From: Blastocystis sp. Blastoise
Lineage: Eukaryota > Protista > Bigyra: Opalinata
Reading direction: 5' to 3'
Assembly: GCA_039096225.1 (NCBI GenBank)
Contig: JBBPEB010000006.1
Span: forward strand, 1,116,001 to 1,180,000
DNA: 64,000 nt
Each line of letters starts with the position of its first letter. The first letter of the stretch is position 1. A program made the position numbers and the translations under genes. Below, one piece after another: positions 12,890 through 26,700 of the stretch. Below the pieces are notes generated by a model that was given only the letters and a program-made list of their open reading frames with translations, was not told the origin of the DNA and did not search any database.

Positions 12890-15535
12890 ATAGTATTATT
12901 ACTTCCTTATAATACTATTACTTATACTATTATTATTACTACTACTTCCTTATAATATTATTACTTACCTATAAAATTATTACTACTACTTCCTTATAAT
13001 ATTATTACTTCCTTATAATATTATTACTTACCTATAATATTATTACTTACCTATAATATTATTACTATTTACCTATAATATTATTACTTACCTATAATAT
13101 TATTACTATTTACCTATAATAATATTACTTACCTATAATATTATTACTTACCTGTAATATTATTACTTACCTGTAATATTATTACTTACCTATAATAATA
13201 TTAATACTACTTCCTTATAATATTATTACTTTCCTATAATACTATTATTACTTACCTATAATAATATTACTTACCTATAATATTATTACAACTTCTTTAT
13301 AATAATATTGTAATTGCTTCCTTATTACTACTACTTCCTTATAATATTATTACTTTCCTATAATAATATTACTACTTACTTATAATAATATTATTACTAC
13401 TTACTTATGATAATACTAATTCCTTATAATATTATTACTTCCTTATATTATTACTACTTACTTATGATAATATTAATTCCTCATAATATTATTACTTCCT
13501 CATATTATTATTACTTCTTTATAATATTATTACTTCCTTATAATGTTACTACTTACTTATAATATTATTACTTTCCTATAATAATATTACTTACTTATAA
13601 TAATATAACTTATAATGTTAGTACTTATAGTATTATTACTTCCTTATAATATTATTACTTACTTATAATACTATTACTTCCTTATAATATTATTACTTAC
13701 TTATAATATTATTACTTACTTATAATAATATAACTTATAATGTTAGTACTTATAATACTATTACTTCCTCATAATACTATTACTTCCTCATAATATTATT
13801 ACTTACTTATAATAATATAACTTATAATGTTAGTACTTATAATACTATTACTTCCTTATAATACTATTACTTCCTCATAATACTATTACTTCTTTATAAT
13901 ATTATTACTACTTACTTATAATATTATTACTTACTTATAATATTATTACTTCCTTATAATATTATTACTTCTTTATAATATTATAACTTATAATGTTAGT
14001 ACTTATAATATTATTACTACTTACTTATAATATTATTACTTCCTTATAATATTATTACTTCCTTATAATACTATTACTTCCTTATAATACTATTACTTCT
14101 TTATAATACTATTACTTCCTCATAATATTATTATTTCCTTATAATATTATTACTTCTTTATAATATTATTACTACTTACTTATAATATTATTACTTCATT
14201 ATAATATTATTACTTCCTCATAATACTATTACTTCCTTATAATACTATTACTTCCTCATAATACTATTACTTCCTCATAATACTATTACTTTCTTATAAT
14301 ACTATTACTTTCTTATAATACTATTACTTCCTCATAATACTATTACTTCCTCATAATACTATTACTTCCTTATAATATTATAACTTATAATGTCAGTACT
14401 TATAATATTATTACTACTTACTTATAATATTATTACTTCCTCATAATACTATTATTTCCTTATAATACTATTACTTCCTTATAATATTATTACTTCTTTA
14501 TAATATTAATACTTCTTTATAATGTTACTACTTCTTTATAATGTTACTACTTCTTTATAATGTTACTACTTCTTTATAATGTTACTACTTACTTATAATA
14601 TTATTACTTACCTATAATAATATAACTTATAATGTTAGTACTTATGATAATATTATTACTTCCTCATAATATTATTACTTCCTTATAATACTATTACTTC
14701 CTTATAATACTATTACTTCTTTATAATAAGATTACTTCTTTATAATAATATTACTTCTTTATGATATTATTACTTCATTATAATACTATTACTTCCTTAT
14801 AATACTATGACTTCTTTACAATACTATTACTTCCTCATAATATTATTACTTCCTTATAATAATATTATTACTACTTACTTATATTATTATTACTTCCTTA
14901 TAATACTATTACTTCCTTATAATATTATTACATCTATATAATACTATTACTTCATTATAATATTATTACTTACTTATAATAATATTATTACTACTTACTT
15001 ATAATAATATTAATTCCTTATAATATTATTACTTCCTTATAATATTATTACTTCATTATAATATGACTTCCTTATAATACTATGACTTCATTATAATAAT
15101 ATAACTTATAATGTTACCATTTACTTATAATAATATTATTACTACTTACTTATAATATTACTTCATTACAATATTATTACTTCATTTTAATAATATAACT
15201 TATAATGTTACTACTTACTTATAATAATAATATTACTACTTCATTATAATATTACTTACTTATAATTTAACTACTTACTTATAATATTATTACTTCCTTA
15301 TAATGTAACTACTTCCTTATAATAATATTACTTCTGTACAATACTATTACTTCTTTACAATACTTTTATTTCTTTATGATACTATTACTTCTTTATAATA
15401 CTATTACTTCTTTATAATACTATTACTTCTTTATAATACTATTACTTCTTTATGATACTATTACTTCTTTATGATAATATTACTTCTTTATGATACTATT
15501 ATTACTACATCCTTAAATATTATTACTTCCATATA
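12890..15535. repeat. 19-bp minisatellite array (consensus TTATAATA(T/C)TATTACTTCC), >100 copies
   Basis: Seen directly; almost G-free on the + strand, with a recurrent variant TAACTTATAATGTTAGTAC. Confidence 0.95.
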
Positions 15536-17830
15536 TTACTGCTGTATATTACAGTTATTAATAACAAAAACAAAAGTCATATCAAGTGTATTAACAATAA
15601 GAATAATAATAAAGCATGAAGAAGAATGAATGCTATATTAAGAATCAGTAATTTGGATGCAAATACTAAGATACTAAGATTATAAATAATAGTACATATA
15701 CTAATACTAATAAAGAATCAATAATATTAATAGTCTTCTCTATATAACAATCAGAAGATCATGAAGTATAATAGTATTACTAGTATAAGCCTTTTTATTC
15801 TAACAACTGATTATATTTTCATCGTAATACAAATATTTCTTCAAAATAATCTTCCTCTTGTTAGAACATACCCATACTGTTATGTCTCCTTGTATTTTTA
15901 TATAATAAGCTGATGATGACACTACTACTATTACTAAACTCCTACAATTTTCTTCTTGTTTTCGTTATAATACGCATGCTCATAATAATTATAAGAATTC
16001 TTAAATATAATAGAAATATTTTGTGCTACTACTACCGTTATTATTATGTCTAGTTGTAATGATATTAAAGATATTTTATATGTGTCATGTCTTTTTACAT
16101 TCTTATTCCAATAATACTATATCTAATACTAATGATATTCTGCTACTTAAACTATTATACACCAAATCCTTTTTCTGTCTATTGCTTCTAATATTGTTAA
16201 TACTTATATATTTGGAATATACTACTATGCAATACCTTTTATATTTTTCCTCTTTCTTCTCCTAATACTACGTATAATAGTAGTTATTAATAAGAACAAT
16301 GATAAGATTATAATTATGTTTTCTATTCTTGTTTTCTAATTTCTCTTACATTTTGAATCAATTAAAATATTATGCTATGTCATTAAATGATTGTACCTCC
16401 TTTACTAACAGTTTTTAAATTAATTTAAATACCAAAAATGTTATGATATCAATATGTAATTCGGTTTTCGTAATCATATCTTTAAAGAAAGAATACCATA
16501 AGTAATAATACTTGAAGTACTATTACTTTCTTTATAACCTCTACTGATCTTAGATCATAAATAGTTCTATCACAACTATCAATGAATGTCTATTATTACT
16601 ACTAATAATACTATAGATTAATGAGATTATAATATAGTATTGCTATGCAGATTCTCCTTTTAATTATTTTTTCTTCTATCTCTTTTCTTACTCTCATCAT
16701 ATGACTGTTCATACAAAAATCATATATTACTCATTATGGTTTGCCATTAATATTTCATTTATTAGTAACAAAAGATCTACTAATATGGTTATTGAAAATG
16801 GTTTAGTAAAATATATAGAAAACATATATTACTGTAATAATTACTTTATGAATTAATAACAATAAAATAGGATTATATATTAAACATTTAAAAAAATATA
16901 TGAGAATTTAGAAGATTAAATTAAATAAGTCTATGCTCATTCTATTTTGAATAGAACATGTAATAGTTTTTAAATAAGATGCTTTATTATTATGGATAGA
17001 AAAATACAATGAAATAAGGATATATTCAGTAAATATGAATGAATTTAGTACAAATCAATATAATATATATATTATTCGATATAATATTAGATACTTGAAA
17101 AGTTCGATGATTATTGCTTCATATATATAGATTATTGGTGAAAAAAGTTGTAAATAGATATGAATTTGAACATTTTTTTATGTATTATTTAAAACATTTA
17201 TTCACTGTAATTTTAACTATTATGAAGTTGAATTAAGTTAGAAAAACCTACTATGATCTGCTTTTATGTTATGAAATTCATTAATAACAAGAACAACCAA
17301 AAAGTGATTATAAGAGATAATATGTATGAAATTATACATTAAAAATATAAATTATAAAAAAGTCAAAGTTTAAATACGATTATACATATAATTTTATAAG
17401 TATTTACATGGAAATGTACCCATTCACATGCATGTAGTCTTTTGGTATAAATGTTGTATAAGTATAAACATCTTCTGAAGTTACTGTCAACGTAGACCTT
17501 TGGATAGTCTTTTCTTTGGTTTGTTTTTCCTATATAAAGAAGAATAAAGTATAGAAACAATAAAAGATATTATTTGACAAAATTTTTTATAGTTAATAAT
17601 ATATAAATAATTAGTATTAAGAATATATATATGCATATAAAGATGAAGGTAATCATTCTGATAATTAAATATATATAAAAGTAAAATGAATTCATTATAA
17701 TAATTATTATATTAGTAATTAAAAGATTTATCTACACAATGAAATATAAAAAATGATACTAAATAACTATTACTAATATACATACGATGTATTTATTATG
17801 ATACTAATATGAATATATTATTATTTATTA

Positions 17831-20800
17831 TTAATTAATATAAGTATATACTTCACAAAGAATGTCATCAGGGGTTTTATTTGTATGTATATCCATTACT
17901 AAAACGTTTGAAGCAAGAAATATGTTAATATTTTGGAATCCTTGAAACCCTTGACTGTCCATAAAGTGATAATATAATCCTGTTGCAGATGATAATGCTG
18001 GACCATAATCGTAATTCATTACAAATATGGAATCATTCACCTTTATATATTTTAAGGCCTTTACAAGATGTGGCTGATGATTATTTTCTTTTTCATAATA
18101 TATCAAGTATGAATTATCTATTCTATGTACACCATCATCAACTTGGCTGGTTGTATATATAAGTTTGTTATTAACAAGGATTCTATCATAGAAACTAACA
18201 GATAGTTTATTATAATTATCCTTCAACTGATGAAAATTATTTTCTATAAATAAGTTTAAATTATAATTTCTATTTTCTCCTGTCCAACCAATAATACCAT
18301 CTATTAGATAATTAATAAGTGTTTGAGATCCTTCTTCAAGAATTATTTTGAGAAACTGGAAAAGTACTTTATCTGGCATCTCTATCGGTTCAGAATAATG
18401 AGAACAACTAGCAGAATATATATATGTTTTATTGTTTCCAACAGGATTATAGTAAATAGTATTCTTATCATGTTGCATATCTTCACATGGTTGAGATATA
18501 TTACTTATTTCGTTTCTGTTATTGGATCTTCCTTGATGATCATTAGATACTAAAATTGTTTCTTTGGTTATTGATGACATGCAGCAGGAAATATTAAATT
18601 CATTGCGAGAATGAGATGAGTGCTTAATTTTAGAATAATATGATTCTGATTTCCAAGTTGATGTTACTGATAAGCTTCCTGTATTTCTTAAACATGAGAC
18701 CAAGTGCTGGATAGAATGTATTTGAGATGTAATTAATTGCTTTGGCAGTATAAGCTCACAGAGAAATGTGAATGTAAAACATTTCTTTTCAAGCATTTCC
18801 AAGTCTTCGATATCATTCGCTTTATATATATGGCAATCATGAATAATAGAAGCTAATAATTCGAAAAGAGGTATTATAGGACTGTCTTTTGAATTAAAAT
18901 CATATAATATTAATGGTAATATTTTAGAAACGAAAAATATTTTCGTGTGTGTATTTATTTTGTTGAACATTGTTTCATCTAGTATATAACGAAACTGGTA
19001 TTCACAATCCCCATATATACTATTAACTGCTGAGATACGTGTTTCCAAAATGCTTTTATTTGTTGGGTTTAGTTCAAATGGTTTCCTCTGGTTTTCTTTA
19101 GTATTATCATTTTCTTTTTCATTTGAGGATGTCTTTTTATTCGATTGATCTTCCTTCATATTACTTACATTACTATCTTCCTTCATATTACTATCTTCCT
19201 TCATATTACTTTCATTACTATCTTCCTTCATATTACATTTATTACTATCTTTCTTCTTCTTACCTTTATTACTATTTTTCCTCTTCTTACCTTTATTACT
19301 TTCTTTCTTCTTCTTACTTTTATTACTTTCTTCCTTCTTCTTACTTTTATTTTTATTTTCCTTCTTGAATCCAAATAATAAACTTAATAAAGTATTACAA
19401 ACATTTCCAAAAAGATGCATAGTATCTAATGGAAATGATGTTGAAGGATTAAAGTAGCTAAGTTGTTCAGAAGTACTTCTTACCTTTTTTATTCCTTTAT
19501 TGTAGGATGGATTATCATTATTACTACTTCTTATTTCAGTAATTACTTCTTTAGAATATGGATTGTATCTAATATTAGTAAATGAATCTTCATATAACTT
19601 ACAACTCTTCGAAAAGGATTTGTACATGATATATGGTTTACTATTTATATAAGTATTCGTTTTATTAATCCATTTAAGAAGAAACTGATAACATGGAATA
19701 TATATATGGACTCCAGTATTCGACTTTTGAACTGATATAGATACATGAGAATAGGAACACTTCATACCTTCATGTAATAGTTCAGCATGCTTATCGCTTT
19801 GCATATCGCAAAATCTACAAGGATATGTAGATGATGGACCTAAAAATTTACCTACATGAGATAATGCTGCAGAATCTCCAAATGTATTAATTAATATGCC
19901 AACTACTTTCCTATTCTGTAATCTCCCATCAAGATAAATATCCATGTTTATTCCAGCTTGGAGTAACTTGAATTCAGCCATCAGTATATCAAGGCATAAG
20001 TCAATAGAAGGCTCATCTACGCAAGTATACATATAGAACTCTCTTTTATCGTACTTTCTAAATTTCTTATAATTTAATAATTGGATCAAAATTGGGTTTG
20101 AAGAACTATTCTGCTTAGTAACAGCCTTATCAAACATCGATATACCGTCTGTAGTAACGTTGAATGATAAAATGATATCACCATTATTGGCACAATCTCT
20201 AAGATATGATTTATAATTCATTCCTAGCATGTAATTTGGTATATTTTGAATCATTGAATCTAGGTTACTATTATTAAGACTACTATATATTTGTTCTATC
20301 TCATCTTTTCGATAAAATTCAATATCTTGTATATAATATGGAGATGAAAGTATGGCTTGAAGTCGGGGAATTAGTGGAATAATAACTTGTTTGTTACCTA
20401 TATAAGAATTATATAATGTTTTGTGATATATATATATATATATATAACTACTTCTAGAAATATATACATATATTTCCGTTGCATATAGGATTACTACATG
20501 TTATATCTTTAAATAATGGATATGCTTGTATTGTATTATATGTATGTATTACATGACACTTATTACATGAAAATATATTTATATGAAGAGGCTTATATAT
20601 AGAATTTCTAACATATTTTCTTACAATATTTTGTGAGCATTTGGGTATTGTTAATATAGGAAGATCAATGTCAAATTCGCTTATTAAATTATTTATTAAT
20701 TCATACAAATTTGCTACTTTTTGAAAGCTAATACCTAGTTTTCTCCAACACTCAAAAATTAGGTCATTCATGGCATCCTCTTTTGTACTCACTTTCTCAT

Positions 20801-21082
20801 GAATTATCTAGATAAAATGATTAGTAGGTATTGTGTTGAAGAAATATAATAATGGCTTATATTAAAAGAGAGGTATATATTATATATATATTAATATAAA
20901 CCGTATACTTTTTGTGATAAGATGAGTTGCATGATCTGCCTTATAATATCACCATTTTCTATCTCAATTGGTGTATTCTCATTATTTAAAGAAATATTCA
21001 CATTGTTGATTTCATCTGCAATCAAGGTAGTTGATCTATGATAAGTGTCATGTCTCTCAGATAATAATGTTGCTATGATCAT
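17831..21082 (-). CDS. CMC/CACTA (EnSpm, Tnp2/Transposase_21-like) DDE transposase, ~1026 aa; exons 21082-20909, 20807-20468, 20397-17831
   Basis: N-terminal CxxC...CxxxxC, PLIPRLQ, TDG..F (D1), GDSAA (D2), CRFC, DTMH, HSIQHL...G....W..E (E). Two GT-AG introns join the exons in frame (3081 nt). Confidence 0.9.
19140..19365 (-). repeat. In-frame ~27-bp tandem repeat inside the transposase (NKSKKKEES/NKGKKKKDS/NESNMKEDS units)
   Basis: Seen in both DNA and translation. Confidence 0.85.
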
Positions 21083-21279
21083 TAATGTTATTTCTTATTT
21101 TTATATCTTACTATTTATTCCTGATTTCTTCTTATTAGATATCTTATGTCTATAATTATTCATTATAACAAATACTATGAAAAATGTTTATTAAAAAAAA
21201 TAAAATTCATTTCTTCTGTAGAATTTTACTGATTATTATCACGGTTTTCATATATATTTTTTCTTTTACTTTCTTTTTC

Positions 21280-22066
21280 ATGGAATCATCTACTTTATCT
21301 TCATTAGAAAGAAATAAAATTGATAGTCTTCAAGAAGATATCTATAAAGCTATCGAACATTATTTTAACGAATTAAAAGGTGAAGAGACAAATGGTATTT
21401 CAATTTAATTCTTTGGTAATAATTATTTAGAAAAGACTATTCGTTGCTCAGATGTTTTTATAGAATGTGAGGCTATGATAAGAAGACTTTCCATTAAAAG
21501 AGATATTCCATTTAGAAACAAGAAGTTGAATTCAAATAAATTAAAAGTATTTATTGTATACATATATAATGTTTAATTCAATAGACTATAATAAAGGTAA
21601 TTCCTTTTTGCTTACCTGAAGCTATACGAAAAAATGCAAAATCCATGTTTACATTAAAAAAGAATAATATATGTTTAGATCATGAGTCAGAGGTCTACAT
21701 ATATATTTGTCGTCTTGCTCGTCTTTATTTGCATACATATGAGAAACAAGATAATTATAGTGATGAAATTATAATGGTTTGTGTTCGTGAATGTATTACT
21801 AATCGTCGTCGAAAAGGCTCGTTTCCTCAATTCTTTGGGTTTCATTTAGATAGAGAAATAGAAATACATGACTCAGGATCCTCTGAGATTGTATGCTTTT
21901 ATACGTTTCTTTTATCATTCTTTTATATAATATTCTTTATTTTTAGTTTGGCAAATGGATTCCAATTAGTCCTTTTCCAAATACAAGTTCTTATACATAT
22001 ATACATTATGAAACAATAATAAACAATTTGCAGAAATGCCAAGAGATTCTACCATTCTCAGGATAA
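21280..22066 (+). CDS. Unknown ~218-aa protein divergent from the transposase (putative transposon accessory/DNA-binding protein); exons 21280-21394, 21431-21546, 21585-21890, 21947-22066
   Basis: Four exons with GT-AG introns splice to a stop-free 657-nt CDS. It contains a basic helix IIMVCVRECITNRRRK. Confidence 0.75.
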
Positions 22067-23703
22067 ATCTTTGAATTATTCTATTTTTCTTTATTCCTTT
22101 ATTCTATTTCATAATGATTGGCTATTTATCTTCTACACTATAATTCTTTTGATTTATATTAAAATGATTGGCTAAGTATTTTTAATAGAATATATTTTTA
22201 TGCTGACTTTATTTTTTGTTTTACACCATACATTCATATTTTATTTTATTGCTTTGTTTATCTCACAACAAAAATATCAATGAACATATTCAATAACTAT
22301 ACTCTTTGAAAATGTATTTTACTTTTAAACAGTATTAAAGTATTATTGTGTCTAGGTGTCTATCAATTTTCGAATCAATTATCTTGTTAATGTATATAAT
22401 GTTGTAAAATATCATAACATCTTTTTATATAGAATGTCAGGTGTTTGATTATTCAAGGGTAGCAAGTATTTTGTTTCGTATTTCTATAATTCTTTGTTAC
22501 TATTATTTAATTAACTATCAATATCCCTTTCTTTAGTTGCTTCATATAAATTGTAACGTGCATTGAAATGACAGCTATCTTTAACGATGTGAATTAGGTA
22601 TGTATAACTATTTATTGATTTGAATAATTCTAACTTATTTTTTTTATATAGAGTATTTATAGACAGAAGTAATTACCACCAGTAGATAGATTTAAAAAAA
22701 TGTTTTAATGTTATTTCACAATTAGAATTTATTTACAATTTACTCGTTTTGTTTTCTAATTTTTGTTATAATGGTTAAAGCCATAGTTGCGTATAGAGTA
22801 GTTTATGAAAATAACAAAGATAAATTTAAATCATTAAATAGTTTTTAAATTAATTATTCAAAGAGCGACCAAAAATAATCATCGTGTATATACTAAAAAT
22901 CTTCATTGGGTTTTTTTATGCTTTTTGTTGTTTATTCTGTGGAGGGTATTTTTTTTCCTTGTTTAATTGTTCTGAAAAAATCTTAAATCCAAAAAGCAAA
23001 ACGTGACAAAGAAGGCCATTTTTATTCATGGAAATCGCTGATAGTGGATTGATTCAAGTGCATTTTTATTATATCTGTGAATAAATATATAGGCATGCAT
23101 TAGTTTTATCTCTACATAGCATTATAAAAGACTCTTCTAAAAAAACAAGAAACTTTGTTGAAAATACCGTCTAAACAAGTATAGTTGCTACAGGAACAAA
23201 CATTTACTAATTCATGAATTCCATTAATGATAATATAAGAACTTTACATAACAAATAATATCTTTAAAAACCAATTTTTTTAAGAGTAAATTGAGTAACA
23301 AAAGTGGTCAACTTTTTGTATCTTTTGATATAAACATAATGGTGTAATGTTAGCTATAATACAATCAGGAGAAAAAAAGATACGTTGGAATTAATAAAGA
23401 TTTTAACCAAAAACAAAGTGGACAAATTACCTGAATATCTATTATAATCATGATTTCTCAGAATTTAGAAAAACAAAATTTCCAAACAGAGTTGGTTCTA
23501 AAATGAATGGCTAACAATAGACCAATAAAATGGCTTATATCCTGATATAAACCAATTATCTCCATCGACATTGTTGTCTTTTCTCTATATGAAATTATTA
23601 AAAATAATTTTCTCCTTTTCTGAGATTCTCCGTATATCAAGATCTTTCATATAAAAATAGATTATTTTATTATTATTTTATTATAAAATATTTTGTTTAT
23701 ATT

Positions 23704-26700
23704 ATGATTATACTTCAATTCATTGTTTACTGTGTATTTACACTATTATGTAAGTTTTTTATTTCATAGTTTATTAAAATGCCTCATTCGACCACTTTAT
23801 ATATATCCTTTTAGGTGTTCAAGCTTGTTCTTCTGATGAACACGAAATCATTGTCAAGCGTTATTATGCAAAGAATGCTGGTGAAATCGTTCAACTTTAT
23901 TCTGGTGATTCGGCTAATTTAAGAAATACTCTTGCTTTTAATGATGAATCTGATGCTTCTCAAGATACAGTTGTTGATTATAAAGTCTGTATCGATGGAC
24001 ATACTGATTATAATCTAGAATTGTTATCAAAGTATATTCATGTAATTATTTGTTTTTTATTGTTATTTTTATAGGAACTCTCCTACGTGGGCTGATGGAT
24101 CGCTTATAACGTTGACATATAACGAAATTATTCTTGTGAAAACAAGTTTGAATAAAGATGGTAATGGAAAGAAAGTGATTAAATTTAACTGTATGTAATT
24201 TTTATTTCTTTAACTTTTTTTATGTATAAATTATTTTTTATTTAATTTTTAATTATATGTATATTATATATTTCTATACTTTTAATTATATATATATATT
24301 TATTATATATATATTTATATATTAAATACTATTAACATCTATTTCTATATTTTCTTACCTGCTAATCTAATATATATTATTTATAAAGTGTCTTCTATTC
24401 TTGATTCAAGAATGAATTGGAAATATTCTACTTCTGTTGATGCTGTTTCTTGGAAGGAAAATAAGATAGAAGAATGGGGTGAAGAATATAAGAATAAAGA
24501 AATCAAGAATGCTGGTTCTAGTGTTTATTTTAGAAATGATATAACTGTAGACGATTCATTTACTGATCTTCAATTATCTATTCAAAGTCAAAATGGATTT
24601 ATTGTTTATGTAAATGGAATTCAAGTGTATACTTATTTATTACTTGAGTATGTTTAGTTTATTAAATTTATATATCTATTTTATAAATATCTTTTTCTTT
24701 ATATTTATTTTTTTTATATTTATTTTTTTATATCTTTTATATATATCTTTTATATATATCTTTTATATATATCTATTTTATTTATATATTATTTATTTAT
24801 AGATCTTCTAAAATCAATGAAAATACTCCTTCTCAGTCTCTTGAAGATGTTCCTACTTATAAACAGTATATATAATATATTAATTATTTCTATATAAATA
24901 TTTCTAAAGTATTATAGTTCCTAAAGAATTATTTGGTTCTTCAACTTCTCTTACTACATTAAAAATAGCTGTTGAATTACATACTATTGCTGATCATCCT
25001 GAACTTCTTTCTTCTTTTGATGCTCTTACTTATATTTCAAATTCTAAAGGTATATACATAATAATTAATTAATATATATATATATAGATTCTATGGATAC
25101 CCTCTCTATGCTTGCTTCTAGAAGATTAGCTGATATTCCTCAATATACTATGAATGCCTTTGAAGAGAATCAATGCATTGATTTCTCTGCTGAATTATCT
25201 CTTTCATTATCGAATTGTGTTCTATCTACTGATTTACCTACTGGCTTAAAACTTTCTGAATGTATTCTTTTTGGAACTCCTAAAGAAGTCAAATCTGCTG
25301 AATATACTCTTTCTTATAATTATGATGAAGATGGTAGTTCTTCAAATACTTATACATTTAAGCTACAAGTATTATGCAATCCTACTAGTTGTGCACATAT
25401 TCATGTTAATAAAATTACAGGATATGATTCTTCTAAAGAAAAAGTCATAATTAAATTAGAAGATGGAAATATAATTACTACTTTAGTTCAAGGTAATTAT
25501 ATAAACAAGAATTATGATTATTATGGTCCTGTAGGTACTTGGTCATTTGAATTAATACAAGAAACTAATGACATTTGGTTTAGCAGCTCAATTATGAGAG
25601 TATATCTTATAGATGATCTTAGTGATACATCCATTGCTGTTACTAGAATGAGATTTATATATAAATCGCGTGAAACATATTATGTTAATACTATTTATTC
25701 TATGTTAATGAGATCTGAATGGAAATATAATACTTATGATTCTTTACCTACAGAATGGTATGAATCTTCTGTTGATGATTCTACTTGGTCTACTACTAAT
25801 GGTGGTACTGCTATTACTACTAGTGGTGCTAATCAATATTTTGTATTCCGTAAAACTATTAATACTCCTTCTATTGTTAATCAAAAGTATTTTATATTAC
25901 GTTATAAAACATTATCAAACTCAAAGATCTATATAAATAATCATGAACTTGCTGTATATGGATTTATAGATGGCTATTTAGAATCAACAGATGCCTCTAC
26001 TATTATAGATCAAACCACATCAGGTCCTCTCTCTCTATTTGACAATCAAGAAACTATTACTATTTCTGTATTACTATTTGATAAACAACATACTATTGAT
26101 ATATCTTTTAATGCTTCTCTTCTAATTGTTGTCGATATTAATCTTCCTGTTTATGGTGATTATAAGGTAATAGTCACTAATGATTCATATACTAGTAGTC
26201 CTGATTCTATTGTGGATTTAAACATCAATTTATCTCTGCATATCAGAGGCAATTCAGATAAATCAGATCCAGTAATTTCTGTAGAAACTAAAGATGGATA
26301 TAAATATTTAAATAGATACTGCATAACTTTCAATCGTTACGATTTTCTTTACTTTCCAAAATCATGGAAAGTAGAATCTATAGATATAAATGGTAATCGT
26401 CATGAACACTCAGTTGTAGAAGATGCATTTAATTCTTCTACTTCTCAAAGAAGATGTTTCTTCTTGTATGATGTAACTACTGGAATCAGTAAATTAGAAT
26501 TTACATTAACAAATAATATGAATAATAAAGTTGAGAATGATTATTATATATCTGAAATTGAATTTTTTGTAGATGATGTTACTTCTAATACATTACTTTC
26601 TTTATCTACTTCTTCTAATCCTTATTATGCTTATGATAACACAACCATATTAATATTATTTACTAATTCGGAATACTATCATGATTTTACTATAACTCCT

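Noticed and set aside
12890-15535. CRISPR array or coding repeat
   Set aside because: Units are contiguous with no unique spacers, there are no cas genes, the unit length is not a multiple of 3, and stops are abundant.
15540-17560. Additional transposon gene (for example a protease) downstream of the transposase
   Set aside because: Only short stop-interrupted frames and one orphan exon-like piece (17363-17530); no recognisable motif.
12690-23100. CACT...AGTG TIR pair delimiting the autonomous transposon
   Set aside because: Candidates (CACTT at 12693, CACTG at 17203) have no matching inverted partner or TSD that I could find.
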